This document shows, piece after piece, positions 61,844 through 64,000 of a stretch of 64,000 nucleotides of DNA. The position numbers and the translations under genes were made by a program. Numbering within the stretch: the first letter of the stretch is position 1; each line of letters begins with the position of its first letter. Where the stretch lies: NCBI GenBank assembly GCA_951406725.2, contig OX597819.1, positions 93,620,001 to 93,684,000 of the forward strand. The letters run 5' to 3'. The notes under the pieces were generated by a model. It saw only the letters and a program-made list of their open reading frames with translations, had not been told where the DNA came from and made no database searches. The stretch is from Octopus vulgaris (lineage: Eukaryota).

Positions 61844-62263
61844 CCTTATATATCCTCTTTCTGCCACCCCCTTTATCTTCCCGCTTCTCTCTCTTCATGT
61901 ACCATGCCTGTTCTACAGGCATCAGTAATTATGGACCTCCATGCCCAAGTCTCCAAATTCATTATTTTTCCTGGGTAAGATATAGCAATAGTTCTTGTCA
62001 TTGAGTTCTTTGTATTTTACTCTGTTAGCTTCCTGCTCTCTCATGCTTACACTTAAGGCACCTGGCCCATTTAACCTTTAGGTGTATGAACTGGTTCATG
62101 TAACATCAGGGCATATCCACATGCAGGTAAGCATGTGTGACATGTATCTAGGAGCCAGCTCTCCTCTAATAACAGGACCCTTTTCCACTCTTTCAACAAT
62201 ATCTGGGGTCTTTGACAAATGCTACCACCCTAGTCTACAGTGGGTTGGAATAAAGGTGGTTAA

Positions 62264-62483
62264 CTGTTTAGCACTTAAACCAGCTATATGCTGCCCAAAT
62301 ATTTTACCTGTTTTATGTTCAAAGTGGCCTGATCTAGCATGTCACACCTACCCTACAAGGTCATTCTAAGAATAAGCAATCACATCATCAAAATCTCAAA
62401 GCTACAAGATAATGCATGATTAATTGAAAACAATGTGAATAAATAAGTATTACCTTTGACATAATAATATGAACACTACAGGG
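62264..62483. mobile_element. piggyBac-type MITE
   Basis: TTAA at 62260-62263 and 62484-62487; homologous to 153-339. Confidence 0.78.
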
Positions 62484-62552
62484 TTAAAAGATATCTGCAT
62501 ACTTCCCAAAACCTTGAAATCACTGAGGTGGAACCTCCCCATATGTAGTTTC

Positions 62553-62746
62553 CAGTGGCATATGGTGGTTGTTGTATTGGATGTGCTATCATACTCAATG
62601 CCACCAAAATTCAAGTTGGGATATAACAAAAGTTTTCCATGAAGATTTGTGATTAAATTAATGAGTATGGTTAATTTTTATAATGAATTTTCTAATTACG
62701 ATGGGTATGCTGTGCACACCTAGCACACCCAGAATATATACCCCTG
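62553..62746. mobile_element. hAT-type MITE
   Basis: Termini cagtggcatat / atatacccctg; 8-bp TSD gtagtttc / atagtttc (7/8). Confidence 0.72.
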
Positions 62747-62789
62747 ATAGTTTCATATCTTACCCATTATGAGCTACATACTCCCTTCC

Positions 62790-63205
62790 CTTTAGCCTAT
62801 CACTCATTATAGAGCATAGGCCATCAGCGACTTTTCTTAATTATTTTCAACTCAGCACTGTCTCTTTTGCTTCTCTCTGATTGGATCCCTGCTTTCTTCT
62901 TTGCAGCTTCTTTCCAGATTTTGCTGCTCTCTGTCACATTTTTCCCTGGGGGAAGGCCTTCCTCTCCCAGGTCTTACTGGTTTTGAATTGTCATTGATGC
63001 TTCAGTAATTTTGCTTTTTTCTAGGTAGAGGTGTTGGTCCTATACAAACCCATTTTTACCTCAGGGGTGTTCTGTATTATTCTGGCTTCTATTTTTGACC
63101 TGTGCAACAAGGGAGGATCTACAAGGACCTTGTGCCTTGTTGGCTTGACTCTGAGGGACATTGAAGCATACAGGCTATCACACCACAAGGACAGCACCAC
63201 ATAGA
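62790..63205 (-). mobile_element. internally deleted RTE-derived element (5' UTR-like part joined to 3' end)
   Basis: Minus strand: gtggtgctgtccttgtggtg...caatgtccctcagag...caggtcaaa (RTE 5' UTR-like), then KPVRPGRGRP...KVADGLCS (RTE C-terminus). Confidence 0.55.
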
Positions 63206-63624
63206 GGATAAGATACATTGGTCCTCTCATAATTAACATCAGGCTATCAACATTGAAGCATGATGTAAATTACATGCATTATGTTTTGTTCACATTTTAA
63301 TAAGAAACCTTCTACGACTATCACCATTTAAAAAGTGAATGAATGCAGATGAATTGTTAATAACACAACAAAGCCTTTTGGTTTGATCTTCATCCCAAGC
63401 TATTGTTGTGGATCTAATTTAACAGCAAGATTTATGCACATTTGAATATGACTCCATATATGTTTATTAATTAGTTACATTGTATCTATGATCTTGTTAC
63501 AAAAACAGTAATGTCATAATATAGTTACACTTATTAATTCAACGCTAAAACTAAAACCTCATATGAAAAGAAAAGGATAACTTTTCATTGACAGTTCCTT
63601 CTTTAATAAAGAACAAATTTATAC

Positions 63625-63676
<52 letters not shown>

Positions 63677-64000
63677 ACATACTCATAACTCTTATGTTCC
63701 TTAAAATAGAAATACTTGCTACAGGTTCTTATAATATCAAATTGCTGATTTAAATGGTTTTGAAATAGAGTAAGTTGCAAAATTGAATTATTCTGAGATA
63801 TATTTAGTGTTCTAACAGAATTTTCAGGTTGTTAAATATGACGTTCATATTGTATTTACTTAGGGTAAAGAAAATATATATTATGAAATAGATATCTTTT
63901 AGAGAAAAGTGAAAATAGCTAACCAGGTCTTTTTTTTCAACCTACGCATTCATTTTAACATTTTCTGTTTCAGAAATAAACAGAAATAATGTTTTGTTTT

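Overview
AT-rich, microsatellite-dense animal genomic DNA. The SINE repertoire and the (TA)n/(CA)n/(AAT)n/(GAT)n density point to an octopod cephalopod (Octopus-like); this is an inference from repeat families recognised by eye. No intact protein-coding gene, rRNA, true tRNA or CRISPR array is supported, and almost all listed ORFs are microsatellite or SINE artefacts. The window contains: several tRNA-headed SINE families; an RTE-tail element family; a full-length decayed mariner (11758-13029); 3' fragments of CR1, RTE, R4/Dong and HERO-like non-LTR retrotransposons; and piggyBac-, hAT- and Tc2/pogo-type MITEs, several with readable target-site duplications (TSDs). A few low-confidence plus-strand exon candidates are present: a possible gene 3' end at 5.4-10.1 kb and a signal-peptide-like first coding exon at 35.8 kb. 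The most notable hidden signal is a dozen or more hammerhead-ribozyme (HHR) motifs from several unrelated short non-coding, Penelope-like elements, mostly in or next to (TA)n tracts. They include intact minimal type I cores (28437-28471, 58582-58619), a three-copy family with a fixed A6U core variant, a core split by a ~145-nt loop II, and palindromes carrying an HHR on each arm. All family names are by-eye assignments, not database results.
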